From NCBI GenBank assembly GCA_964016885.1, contig OZ024743.1, positions 153,698,001 to 153,762,000 of the forward strand: a stretch of DNA of 64,000 bases, read 5' to 3'. The DNA is from Eledone cirrhosa (lineage: Eukaryota). How positions within the stretch are numbered: the stretch's first letter is position 1; every line of letters starts with the position of its first letter. Of this stretch, positions 47,357-59,138 are shown in pieces. The translations under genes were made by a program, and so were the position numbers. Below the pieces are notes generated by a model. It made no database searches and had not been told where the DNA came from. It saw only the letters and a program-made list of their open reading frames with translations.

Positions 47357-47370
47357 AGACTCCTCTCCCA
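47357..47370 (-). promoter_or_regulatory. Polypurine tract
   Basis: GGGAGAGGAG lies just upstream of the TGTAGCGC 3' LTR start at 47356. Confidence 0.65.
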
Positions 47371-50300
47371 TTGACAGCCAGTGTGAAATGTTTTGGTGTG
47401 TGCAAAAGCACACGAAAAGGTCCATTATAGGGTGACTTAAGCGGTACCTTGACGGAATCATTCCGTATAAAAATATGTGTCCACGTAGAGATATCCGATG
47501 GAACAGCAGAAGAAATAGACTGGTCACGAGGGTTCATTGGTGGAAGATCCGAGAAGTAAGAACGAATCCTGGTGACATATGATGTTGGATCAAGATGCGA
47601 TGAATCAACCAGGAAGAGTCAAGGTGGTACCATAAAGAAATTCAGGTGAGGAGAAACCCAAATCTGTCTTAACGGCAGAACGACAACCAAGGAACACGAT
47701 TGGCAAAAATTCGGTCCAACGTTGCGGATCAGGAGTAGCGCGGAGTGCAGCTTTTAACTGTTTGTGAAACCTCTCCACCATTCCGTTGGAGGCTGGGGGA
47801 TAGCTGGTCGTATGAATGTGATGAGCACCCAAGAGTCGTGATATTTCACTAAATAAGGAAGCTTCGAACTGTCGTCCACGATCCGTGGTTATTTTAGAAG
47901 GAACACCAAAACGAGCAACCTAATTGGAAATGAAAGCTCGGGCAACGAACTCGGCTGTTAGGACACTAGGGCTATGGCTTCAGGCCACCGAGAGAAACGA
48001 TTGATACAGGTCAATATATATGTGAACCCACGTCTAACGGGCCACGGACCAACAATATCCATGTGAATGTGACGGAAACGGGCGTCCGGCAGTCTGAATT
48101 TACTCAGAGGAGCGCGAACATGCCGATAAATCTTGGAGCGCTGACACTTCAAACAAGAATGTGCCCAACTGGTGATTAAACGACGCATATAAGGCCAGAA
48201 AAATCGGGCCGTGATGAGCTTCACCGTGGCAGCTATGCCGGGATGCGACAAGGAAAGAAGTGCATCAAAAACGGTATGTTGATTGCAATCTGGAATAAGT
48301 GGTCTGGCTGAGCTAGTAGAAATATCGCAGAGAATTTTCCCTTCAGAAGATGGAAGAGGTAAATATTTCAATTTGCAGCATGAGAACTGGTCAGATGAAA
48401 TGTCCAACGAATCCAAAGAAGGTTGGCCAGTTGCCATGGCAACCAAATCGATATGTGTAGGAGGCGCAAGAGAACACACAGAAAGTCGAGACAGTGCGTC
48501 CGCGGGTATGTTGGCAGCTCTGGCTATATGACGAATGTCACTGGTGTACTGGAAGATGAGATCCAAATGCCTATATGCCCTCGGAGAGTACCTGTCGGAC
48601 TTGGATTGGAGAGCGAATGTTAGCGGTTTATGGTCCGTGAATATCGTGAACTCCCGCTCTTCCAAAAAATGGTGGAAGTGCTTCACGGCAAGATAGACCG
48701 CCAAAAGTTCTCTGTCAAAGGTGCTGTATCTCTGTTGCGCTGGTTTAAGTTGGCGTGAGAAAAATGTCAGTGGTTGAACCTGGTGGTTGATCGTATGTTG
48801 CAAAACTGCTCCAAAAGCAACATCGGACGCATCAACAGTTAAAGAAAGCATCGCGTTTGCAACAGGATGGGCGAGGAAAGAAACTTCAGCTATTTCGGAC
48901 TTGAACGATTTAAACGATTGCAAATTATCGGCAGAAAGAGAAATGGGTGCATCTTTCTTTTTCGCATCCTTTAAAATCTGTGTCACGGGGAATAACTTTT
49001 CGGCACAATTGGAAATAAAACGACGATAAAAGTTAATTAATCCCAAGAAATGACGTAACTGTCTCAGTGAGGTGGGGGTGCAATTCGCTGAATCCGTTCC
49101 ACCTTAGATGGCAGAGGTCGAATGACTTCCGAATCTATAAGATGTCCAAGGAATTCCAGTGAAGCTGTACTAAATACACATTTAGCTGGGTTGATTCTGA
49201 CTGTGTACGATTGAAGACGTTGAAATAACTGTGATAGATGTTGATGATGATGTTCAGATGTGTCACTGGCTATCAGGAGGTCATCCACGTAAGCAAACAC
49301 GAAATCCAATCCACGCGTGACTTCATCGATAAAACGCTGGAACCTGCTATAGGCATTCCGCAAAGCAAAAGGCATGGACAGAAATTCAAACGAACCAAAG
49401 GGGGTGGTCACAGCTGTTTTTTGGTATGTCTTCTGGATTCATGGGTATTTGATGGTAAGCCTGTACCAGATCTATTAAAAAAAATATCTTGCATCCATGC
49501 AGGACGGATGAAAGATTCTGTAAATTTGGTAAAGGATAACGATCAGGTGTAGTGATGGCATTACGTCTACGATAATCTCCCACCGGCCTAAGGTCCGCTT
49601 CACCCTTTCAAGCCAAGTGAAGCAGAGATGCCCATGGACTGGTGGAAGGTGCAATAAGACCGAACTGAAGCATGTGCTCGAACTCATCTCTGTCTTTCTT
49701 CAGTCTATCTGGAGCTAACCTTCATGGACGAGAGAAAACAGGCGGGCCAGTTGTTGTAATAAAGTGTCGAGTTGAGTGGACTACCTGATTAGGTTTAAAT
49801 GAGATGTCCGTTAACTCGGGAAACGAGACAAGAAGTGAATGAAACTGGTTTCTAGAGGCAGCTATAACATACAAGGGACTGACAACAGCAGCAGTAGATT
49901 TACGAGCAGGTGTAGATAAAGATGTGATACCATCCACAAGTTTCTGTCTCCTGACATCTACCAACAGTGAATAATGGTGTAAAAAATCGGCACCGAGAAT
50001 AGGATGAGGTGGGTCCGCCATGACGAAAATCCATTTAAAATCTCGACGCAAAGCTAAGTCCAACGATAAAGATATTTGACCATAGGTTTTGATCGGAGAC
50101 TGGTTCACTGCATATAAAGAAATGCCGGAGAAATTTGGCTTGGTTGAGTTGAACCGTAACGGCCAAATTCTGCAACTAGACCCTGTGTCCACCATAAATG
50201 ACCTGATTCAGACTCGGTCTCTGATGAAAAAAGCACGATAAGGTGAATTATTGAGGGAGAGGTTTATCGTGCCCAGGCTCTCCAATTTTAGTTTTCCGAG

Positions 50301-51181
50301 GCTTCGAAAGAGCAGGGCTGAATACAATGTTTCGCCTTTTCACGAAAACGTACGTGATACCAACACAAAGATGAGTTGTTGGCGGGGAAGTTGGCGCGAC
50401 GATCAACAGAAGGGGACTGATTTCGTGAACGCCACCTAGATGGCATTCGCTCCCGACACAGTTTAGCTACTTGACGAGTTAACGCGTCATTCGCTCTCAA
50501 CATTGAGTCCTCACGGGTGAAGCAGGCTGGGTTTTAAAAGCAGAAGAAGCGACGACTGAATCTGCCGAAGTAGGCTCTCTAGAAAATTCCATAATGCGGT
50601 CTGCCGAGGCCGCAATCTGTTCTAAAGAACTGGTGTCGAACATATTCGCCAATATAGTCTGCACATTTGTTGGCAAACAGGAGAAGAATAGCTGCTTTAC
50701 GAAAGAATTGTCCTCTGCTGTAAAAATTGAGATGGAGTTCTGTCACCCAGGTTCTCCTCTTCCAACAAGGAACGAAATCTACGCTCAGATGAGCGGTGTT
50801 CCGTCTGAGCACTTCTGCCTTTAGGGTTTCGTAGGATGTGCCTTGTGGAGGATATGTGATTATGTCTTTAACTGAGGTTGCCAGCGAAGCAGGAATTCCA
50901 CTGATAAGCACGTGTAATCTCTGTTGTGCCGCTTGAACGCCATGGGCAGCAAAATACGAGTCCAGTTGAGCAAACCACAATTTGGCATCACCAGAAAATG
51001 CTGGTAACGAAGAATTGCTCATGATTAACACAAATAAAAAAATATGTACCACCGAGCAAGTAAGATGGCGACTTCAAAAAAACGAAAGCATGGTTGAACC
51101 AAAGACACGAGGGACAATTGTTTTCTGTGTTGCCTTTTTTTTCTGTATTTGAATGCTCACTGTTGCGTCAAATGTTTTCAC

Positions 51182-51198
51182 ATCACGTCAGGTCACCA
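51182..51198 (-). promoter_or_regulatory. Primer-binding site, tRNA-Trp-like
   Basis: TGGTGACCTGACGTGAT versus the expected TGGTGACCCCGACGTGAT (complement of the animal tRNA-Trp 3' end). Confidence 0.75.
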
Positions 51199-51200
51199 AT

Positions 51201-51591
51201 TTAGTGAATTGGCCATACCACTACATGCCAACCATTAATTTAATTTGTTTAGAAGATGTAAAAGAAATGACGATGTAGTAATTGAAATATGACGAATATT
51301 TTAGAAATGAGTATCAAGAACGACTTGTATTTATTGAAGTAGCTTGTTACAATTTTGGTAGTAAAACGTACCTCGTGCAATGATATGGTGTAATCCTGAG
51401 ATATAAGATAGGATTAGAAAAAGTTTAGCATCTGTGCTTGGTGTGGTCAGTTCTAGAGCATGCTGGTAAAAGAGAGGTAGATTGTTCATTGCTCCTTCTT
51501 TTATAATCTCTGGAACGGAAGTTCAAGGAGTTTTCTAGAATTTCTACGGGAAGTGTCTCTGGCTACTTCCCTTTGTCTAGAGAGCGCTACA
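51201..51591 (-). repeat. 5' LTR (~390 bp)
   Basis: Starts TGTAGCGCTCTCTAGAC on the minus strand and ends just before the PBS. Confidence 0.85.
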
Positions 51592-53339
51592 CATTGTACT
51601 AGAAATATCAGTAGGGTACAATAGATTTAGTGAAGGGTTAAGGCTAGGGATGATGGTGGTATGGGAGATGACCTCAAACATCTGTGTAACAAACAATACA
51701 ATACAAAACACAAAAGAACCTGACATGCATATATATCCTCCAGTATCTCCAAACAGTTGGGCAGCCATCCTATCCTTAAAACCCAGGGAAAGAGAATGAT
51801 AACCATGCAGCCCTTTCCCCGTCCAGTTTAGCACATCAAATGTTGGAACAACGAGAGGTAAATGCAGTGAGATTATACAGATGTTAGAGAGGAGAGAACT
51901 AACGTGTGCTGTGTGCAAAAAGTGAGATGGTAGGGAAGCTTGGCCAGATTCATCACAGGCAAAGAACACCAGTATACATTCTTATAGGTGGGTGGAGTAG
52001 GAATGCTCCTTGCAGAGAAATGGGTAGACCATATAATTGAGGTAGACAGAGTGAGTGATGGAATAATTAAACTTAGTCTAACCTTGGGCAATACTAAAGC
52101 CACTATATTCTCTGAATATGCCTCACAAGTCAGACAATTATACCATTTATTTGAGGCCCTCATGCAGACTATCCCAATGATAAATTATAGTAATCTTATG
52201 ATCACAGCTGGTGACTTCAATAGATATGTTGGGAAACATCCTGACAGATTCGCTGGCATACATGGAGGGTATGGTTATGGCAAAAGAAATGAGGAATGGA
52301 CTAGCCTTCAGAAGTTCTGGGGTGCTCTCAACTTAATGATCTGTAATACAAACTTCAAGAAACCACCAACCACCTGATTACTTACCATTTTGGGGGGCAT
52401 ACATGCCAAATAGACTTCATGTATTTCCCAACATAGATTAGTTGCCAGTTACCTTAGAGTAAAAGCTAGGTGGATCAAAAGACAAAAGCCAGTCTAGAGA
52501 AGGAAGACATGGAAGGTCATAGAACTGTCTGAGGGTAACAAATTGTGAGAAATCTTTCTGAATGTCTATGACAGTAAGGAAGAGGAGTTGGGTGTATAAC
52601 ATAGAGAAAACTTTCTAATGGACAATTTGAGAAAATCATGATAATGGAGCACCTGCCCTATCGGACACTGAAGAGAAGGGGGCATGGAAGAGATGACATG
52701 AGAGCATGCTGAATGAAGAAAATGAATGGGACTGTGAGAGCTTACTCTTGCAAATTCTACCAGCCTTGAAAGTTGACAGCAGTATGATAGATAAAGCAAT
52801 TACGGACAAGAAGGTCGGAGTGCAGCTGGACCTTCAATATAGTGTTGCTGAAATGCTAAAAGCCTCTGGCATTTTATGGTACAAGCTAGTCACATGCATA
52901 GTTAACCAAGTAGTACAGGATGGTGTCATGCACAACAACTGATGCAACAGTATTATTGTACATTGTTGCAAGTCCATAAGAGATGCACAAGAGAGAAGTA
53001 ATTACAGAGGCATCCATTTGATCGATCAGATCATGAAAGTTACTGAAAGAGGTATAGCACAGCTAAGTAGAGAAATAATCATGTTAGATGAAATGCAGTT
53101 TTGATTTGTCAGGTAGGGGTACTACCGATTCCCTCTTTCTCTACTTAGCTGTCATAACCACTCCCAAGGCCTCCAAAACTGATGGTTGTAACAGTGTCCC
53201 CACTGCTAAAGGCACTCAGAAACCTGTATTGTTACATTGTGGAAATAGCTGCTGCTCAAGTAGGCCATGGCAGTGTTTGAACTCAAAATGCAAAGCATGC
53301 ACGGTGTAGCACTTCCTCCAATACACTGTTCAAAACTGA

Positions 53340-53475
53340 TATTTTATCTATTGATTCCAGAAAGATGAAAGGCAATGTTGATCATGGCAGAATGTGAACT
53401 CACTTTGCAAGAAGCTAGTCTAAATACCACAAAGCATTTTGTCAAGTATACTTACAATTCTACTACTTCACCACT
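53340..53475 (-). mobile_element. Old SINE copy (central domain family of 18223)
   Basis: GATGAAAGGCAATGTTGATCATGGCAGAATGTGAACTC is a diverged reverse complement of the B-box and central domain. Confidence 0.6.
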
Positions 53476-53557
53476 CATGTCTTAATATATCTATAATAAA
53501 TGAAACTACATGAGTTCATCCTGAATATTTAGCATGAGATATATCTCTTTGTGACTG

Positions 53558-53561
<4 letters not shown>

Positions 53562-53635
<74 letters not shown>

Positions 53636-53650
53636 TGTGTGTGTGTGTGC
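53562..53650. repeat. (GT)n microsatellite
   Basis: Directly visible; (TATG)n also occurs at ~55607-55680. Confidence 0.95.
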
Positions 53651-56600
53651 ATGCGTGTGGATTGGCAGTATTCAGGGTGCTTTTACCTCTATTAGAAACA
53701 ATGCCTTCAAATTCAGAATGAAGGACAGATTACATGATACATTTGTTCAAACTGCCATGCTGCATGACAACAATACTTGAGTGGAGGAGATTTGTATGCT
53801 TTTCTGGATTTGTAATGATACTGTGTGTGAATGAGAGAGGAATAGTGAACTTACAGAAAATTTGTGTAAAAGGATATTTGAATGTAGTTTACAAGAGCGA
53901 CAATTGCACAGCTGTGGGCATGTAATGCATAAGGGGAGTGGGGGTTGTACAAAAATATTATGAGTGCTTGGAATGGATAGAGCCTATAGAAAATGAAGTC
54001 CAAAAAAAAAAAGAGGAAATGAAATTGTGAATAATAACCTTAAGAAACTGAACCTGAGAAAGGAGATGACACAGGGCCGATTGAACTAGATTTGTTATAA
54101 TACAAAAGTACAAAAGTACATTGCAACATTAAAGTAAATCTGGTGAGACTAGAAGCTACAATATTGGTAATTGAATGGAGACAATATAAGGTAAGAGAGG
54201 AATTTTCAGTTTGGATGAACATGTGACATCTTTAGTGCTGGTGCTATGATGAAATGCATACACAACACCCGGTAAGTAGCTGTTTTAGGAAGGGCATCCA
54301 TCCATAGAAACCATGCTAAGTATAGAATATATGACTAAAATGAAGTTACTCCAATCTATCTTTTCTTGCACTATAACAACCCATCCAATACATGCAGGCA
54401 TGGAAAGTGGATGAAAAATGATGATAATCTGATGATGATATGTATGGTGATGATATATATTACCATCATAATTGTTTAACATCCATGTTTCTACACTAGT
54501 ATGGGTTAGATGAGTGGTCCCATTGAGAGACAAGTCAGATTAGAGGACTGTGTCTTGCCCATATAGAAATGCTTCTGGCTTGGTTTCTATGGCTGGATGC
54601 TCTTCTGAATGCCAACCATATTTACAGCATGGACAGGGCACTTTTTATGATGACACCAACATGATCACTCAACAGTGTGAACTGGGCAGTTTTTGTCCTG
54701 TCACTAAGGATGGGATGAATGTATTTTGTTGTCTCCATGTTTGGGCTGGATGCTTTTGCTGTGTCACCAACATGACCACCCTAAAGGGTGGACAAAGTAC
54801 TTATTTGTCATGTCACCAGCATGAACCCCCCCCCCCCCAGCAGAGAGGCCTAGGTGCTCTTTTGTCATGTTACCATAGAGTGTGGGGGGGGGGGGATAAG
54901 TGCTCTTTTTTCATGGCACCAACATGAACATCTTACATGATGGGCTATGGGTTTTTGTTACCAGCATGACCAGTTTAAAGTGTTTGTAAGAGCATTGGTA
55001 GAACAAAACCATTATGGCATCCTTGTGTGAGAGACAGAGATGAGTTATATTTGCTTCTTTGAGAACAGCTTTGTTGATGAGGTGCTGTTCAGTAGAGCCT
55101 CAAGCATTTATGTTCTTCTCGTTTTAATTTTCTTTTAATTTTCACCAATAGGAAGAGAGCCAGTTTCTAGCATAGAAACAGGACTCTTTCATTGGAATTT
55201 AGACAACATCAACTCAGTAATTATGTTTGTGTGTATGTGTATGGGTGTCATTGCATGTATGGATTTGTAGGTTTGAGTTATATATGCATATATACATATT
55301 TTTCTATAATTATATGAGTGAATATGCAGTTATTTCATACTAAGCTTCTGTTTTACATATATTTATAGATTCATTAATGACTGTATTTGTGGTTTCCTAA
55401 AAAACAATTTTTTTTTTTGGTTCTGTGAAGCTTGTCAAGTTTTATGTTGAGGCAGTTAGTAACATATCTAAGTTCCTTAATGATCACAAGTATAAATCTA
55501 AAGGTATAGTCTGAATGAAGAAACTGAATTTCCTCATTAGTTTGGCATAAATATTCTGATTTCACTAATCTGCTTGTCTGTATATATATATATACTTATG
55601 TGAGTGTGTATGTATGTATGTATGTATGTATGTATGTATGTATGTATGTATGTATGTATGTATGTATGTATGTATGTACGTATGTATACATGTATGTATA
55701 TATGTATGAATGAATGTATGTATGTATGTGCATGCATATGTGTGTATGTATGTGTGTATGCATGTTTATATCTATGACTATATATATGTGTGTATGTATG
55801 TGTTTATCCTTTGCTATTTTATACCAGTGTGGAATATAAACGTCAACGTTTTTATAAATGAAGTTTCTCTTATCAGAAATAGAGTGAATCAGTGATTGAC
55901 CTGTTTGAAAACTTTAATTGATGTAAATATTGTTAAAAAATTGTGATACCAAATAAAAAAAAAGAATTATAAGCATGAATTGTTGTTGCTGATGAAGATT
56001 ATCTCCAGGACAGTACACAATTCAACATCTACCATCCCATCCTTTTTCCAGGCTTTGTGTATCCATGACTAGATTATCAAAAGTCTCCTTTTCTAAGATG
56101 GAAGTGTATAATTAAAAAGTATATGGCTGCTATATCTAGCAAATGGAGCAATACTATAGACACTTCCTTGCTTAATATCGAAAGATGTGGTGAAAGCTGA
56201 TCTCAACAGTTTGAATCTCATGAAACAGACAACAAAAGAGAAAAACTGATGCAAGGTCGAAAAAGCAGACATATGTTAAAAAGAAATACTTTTATTCTGT
56301 TAATTACATTTTCTTGAAAAGTATTCAATGTATTCTATAATACATGTTCAATACTCTTTATTTTTTACGGTGCCCTTAATATAATCCAACTTAAACTTGT
56401 GGACCTAGAGCAACAAGAGAGTGACAGTGAGCAAAAGATTCCCCATGAGTCTTGGATGGGAGCTGATGCTTACACTTGACACTGAACAACATTGATCAGG
56501 CTGTTATCAATATCGGTGACCTCTCTTGCTTGCTCTACAGCTCTATATCAGCTGAATAAACTAGCATAATATTACTTTCAAATGATTTGGTTAAAAGAAA

Positions 56601-57652
56601 AAATATTATTACATACAGCAAAATAATTGAGAACTGATGCTGGTTTTGCAATGCTATGTCCAAGAGTTCAAGACCAAAATGGATACAGGCAAGCAGCTCT
56701 GGTATGAACAAAATTTATGGAACCATGATCATACATATTAGAATCTCCAGATGGGACATGCAAGAAATACAATAGGGTCCAGATATTAAAATGTAGTACA
56801 GTCACCTACAACCATTTCCATTTCAAGAATTTTGTTGCAACTAATATACCTAATCATAATACAAACAATATCCCTGAACAGAGGACTCCAGTAATAACGA
56901 GAAGTTGTGAAATACACCAACCACTAAGATATAAATAATAAACTCTTTATTTAAGTATTATTAAACTTTTGGGTGGCTTAACAAATGGGTAAATCCGGTC
57001 ATTCCGGTTAGCACACCATGGTGCAATAAGCTAAAACACTTGATAATTTGCAAATCATCTATTGTAGATGTGGTATCTCGTGGTTGGTGCAGAAACAGAT
57101 TTAAATATTTCAAAGACTTGGTTACATTATCAGATCATGATCTAAAACTTTGGAGAAATCATCAGGTGTAAATTGCAAAGATTAGGTAATCAACTTCAGG
57201 ATAACAGCAAATAGACTTGATTTGGAGATGGTACACAATTCAGTATTATAGCTGTGTTGAACCACCTCCATATACCCCCCGCCCCCACCCCCCACCCATC
57301 CTCAGCAATGCTAGGCATTGTGTCTTGGTAAAAAAGGAGAGTGGGGTTGTTTTGTGGCGACAAATATACTGCTGTCCTCAGGTAATGCTGCGCTATTATT
57401 CAGAACCATTCATCTGCCATTCAGACAGGTCAGTGGTGCTAAATATTGTGTGGCAGCAGGCTCTGGCCCAAAACCACTGTAGCATTACAGTCAATCACTT
57501 AAAGGGGATAGATGATACAAACAATTTAAAGGATTATAAAAATAAGAAACACGTAAATAATTATAACGGTAAATAAATAAATAGAAAATAAAATTATACA
57601 GAGTTGTGAAAAGTACCAAGAATTCAAGGTTACAAAATGAATAAAAGTAAAT

Positions 57653-57770
57653 AATTGTTTCTACTAATGGCACAAGGCCAGCAATTATCCAGTACATTAC
57701 TGGTACTTTATTTTATCGACCCCGTAAGGATGAAAGGCAAAGTTACCCTCGGCGGGATTTGAACTCAGAT
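57653..57770 (-). mobile_element. 5'-truncated SINE
   Basis: Reverse complement of the B-box, central domain and tail of the 18223 family. Confidence 0.85.
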
Positions 57771-58164
57771 CGGAAAGGATAATGAATTAATTAAAGGGTA
57801 AGTAAACTTGGTCATGGGTGCATGTCTGTGCCTGTATTGCAAAAGAAATTCAATGGTATGGCTTTCCCACAAGATTGACATAACTGCTCTCTCCATACCT
57901 GCAATATCTGGGAGAATATTCCAGTGACCATGTATGTTCAATATACTGAAAAAAGAGGAAATTTCTGAAACATTATGTTCAACTCTTTCCAAGCAGTAAA
58001 GGTAGAGAGCCAAATCTAGCTGGTAACTCAGAAGACAGCTAGATGATTAGTTAGTGGTGTAACACATACCAGATAATGATAATAATATTGAAAATGATAA
58101 TAATCATAATGATAACACGACAGCCTTCATGACATGATAGATTATATGGAATATGATATAAAGA

Positions 58165-58284
58165 TATAATTGTTTCTACTTTTGGCACAAGGCCAGCAAT
58201 TATCCCAGTGTAACTCAGACCATAAAGGGCCGTAACTATTTGCTGCAAAGCATGGTGTCCGACTCTCTCCCGACATTGCCAATA
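58165..58284 (-). mobile_element. SINE with central domain deleted
   Basis: The tail (AATTGTTTCTACTTTTGGCACAAGGCCAG) is joined directly to the head region (AACTCAGACCATAAAGGGCCGTAAC...TGCCAAT). Confidence 0.8.
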
Positions 58285-59138
58285 ATGCAATATAAAATAC
58301 AAAATTAATTAAGGTATAAATCCAAAGTTTATGCCTTGATGGATAATATATATATACTGCCTAGAGTAGGTCCCATGCTAGTGTGGAAGATAGACGTTAA
58401 ACAATGATGATGAAAGATGAATTATAAGAGGTAAATAAATTACTAAGGGGGGGATAATAATGATAAGTAATAACTGTAGGTTATTAGTTGATGAAAGAAA
58501 GTAATTAGGTATTGGTATAGAGTCCCTATGGAGACATGTGATATCAGGAATTTACAAATCATATATGAAGTATATTATAAAATATGAAATAAAATAGAAT
58601 GTAAGATATAAGGTAATATACAGCATCAAATTCTAAAACAATACCGAGTATAAAACAAAGTATAAAATGTAATATAATTTCTAAAATATATAATATCAAT
58701 TCTATGCATTGAGATAATATAAAGGGTCCCTTTAATTAACAAATTTATTATGAATTATATATGAAATATAAAATAAAATAAAATATCAAATAAGATATAA
58801 TGTAAATTCTATAGGTAAAAACATAATACAGGATACAAAAATTATGTAGTATCATGTAGATTCATCAAGTCAACACATTGATTCATAAAGACATTTGTAG
58901 TCATGTATGATCAGTTCAATATTATGAGGCAGAACCAGATCCTGCAGATCGCCTAGGCCCATGGGTGTGATTCATCTGATCATATTCATTTGTATCAATA
59001 CAAAATTTATAGTGTTTGAATGTTGTACAGTGTTCAATAATTGTACAATACTTGAAGTTGAGTGCATTATATAATTTGCATTTTCTACAATCTCCCTCTC
59101 ATCAAGTTGAAATTGGAGGATGTCCCATGAGTTAGAAT

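Larger units (their letters stand above)
47140..51591 (-). mobile_element. Ty3/Gypsy LTR retrotransposon, disrupted, with 4-bp TSD CATT
   Basis: Domain order is gag (LWFAQLDSYF), protease (VDTGS), RT (YVDD), RNase H (DASD, RELLA, TDHKPL) and integrase (HPG..C..C, HMDIVGP, NGMVERF, YNGPF). CATT lies at 47136-47139 and 51592-51595. Confidence 0.95.
51780..54430 (+). mobile_element. Old degenerate RTE LINE with an internal SINE and (GT)n
   Basis: APE (GGVGMLLAEKWVD, AGDFNRYVG, NTNFKK), early RT, C-terminal RMKDRLHD..TAMLH, and a 3' end CATGCAGGCATGGAAAGTGGA...GATGAT. Confidence 0.8.

Noticed and set aside
47140-51591. DNA transposon or DIRS element suggested by terminal inverted repeats
   Set aside because: The interior encodes gag-PR-RT-RH-DDE integrase with PBS and PPT. 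There is no transposase or tyrosine recombinase, and the inverted repeats derive from the LTR.
55900-57500. Unique-looking sequence, possibly an old transposase or exons
   Set aside because: No recognisable motif or sustained frame by eye; it needs a translated database search.
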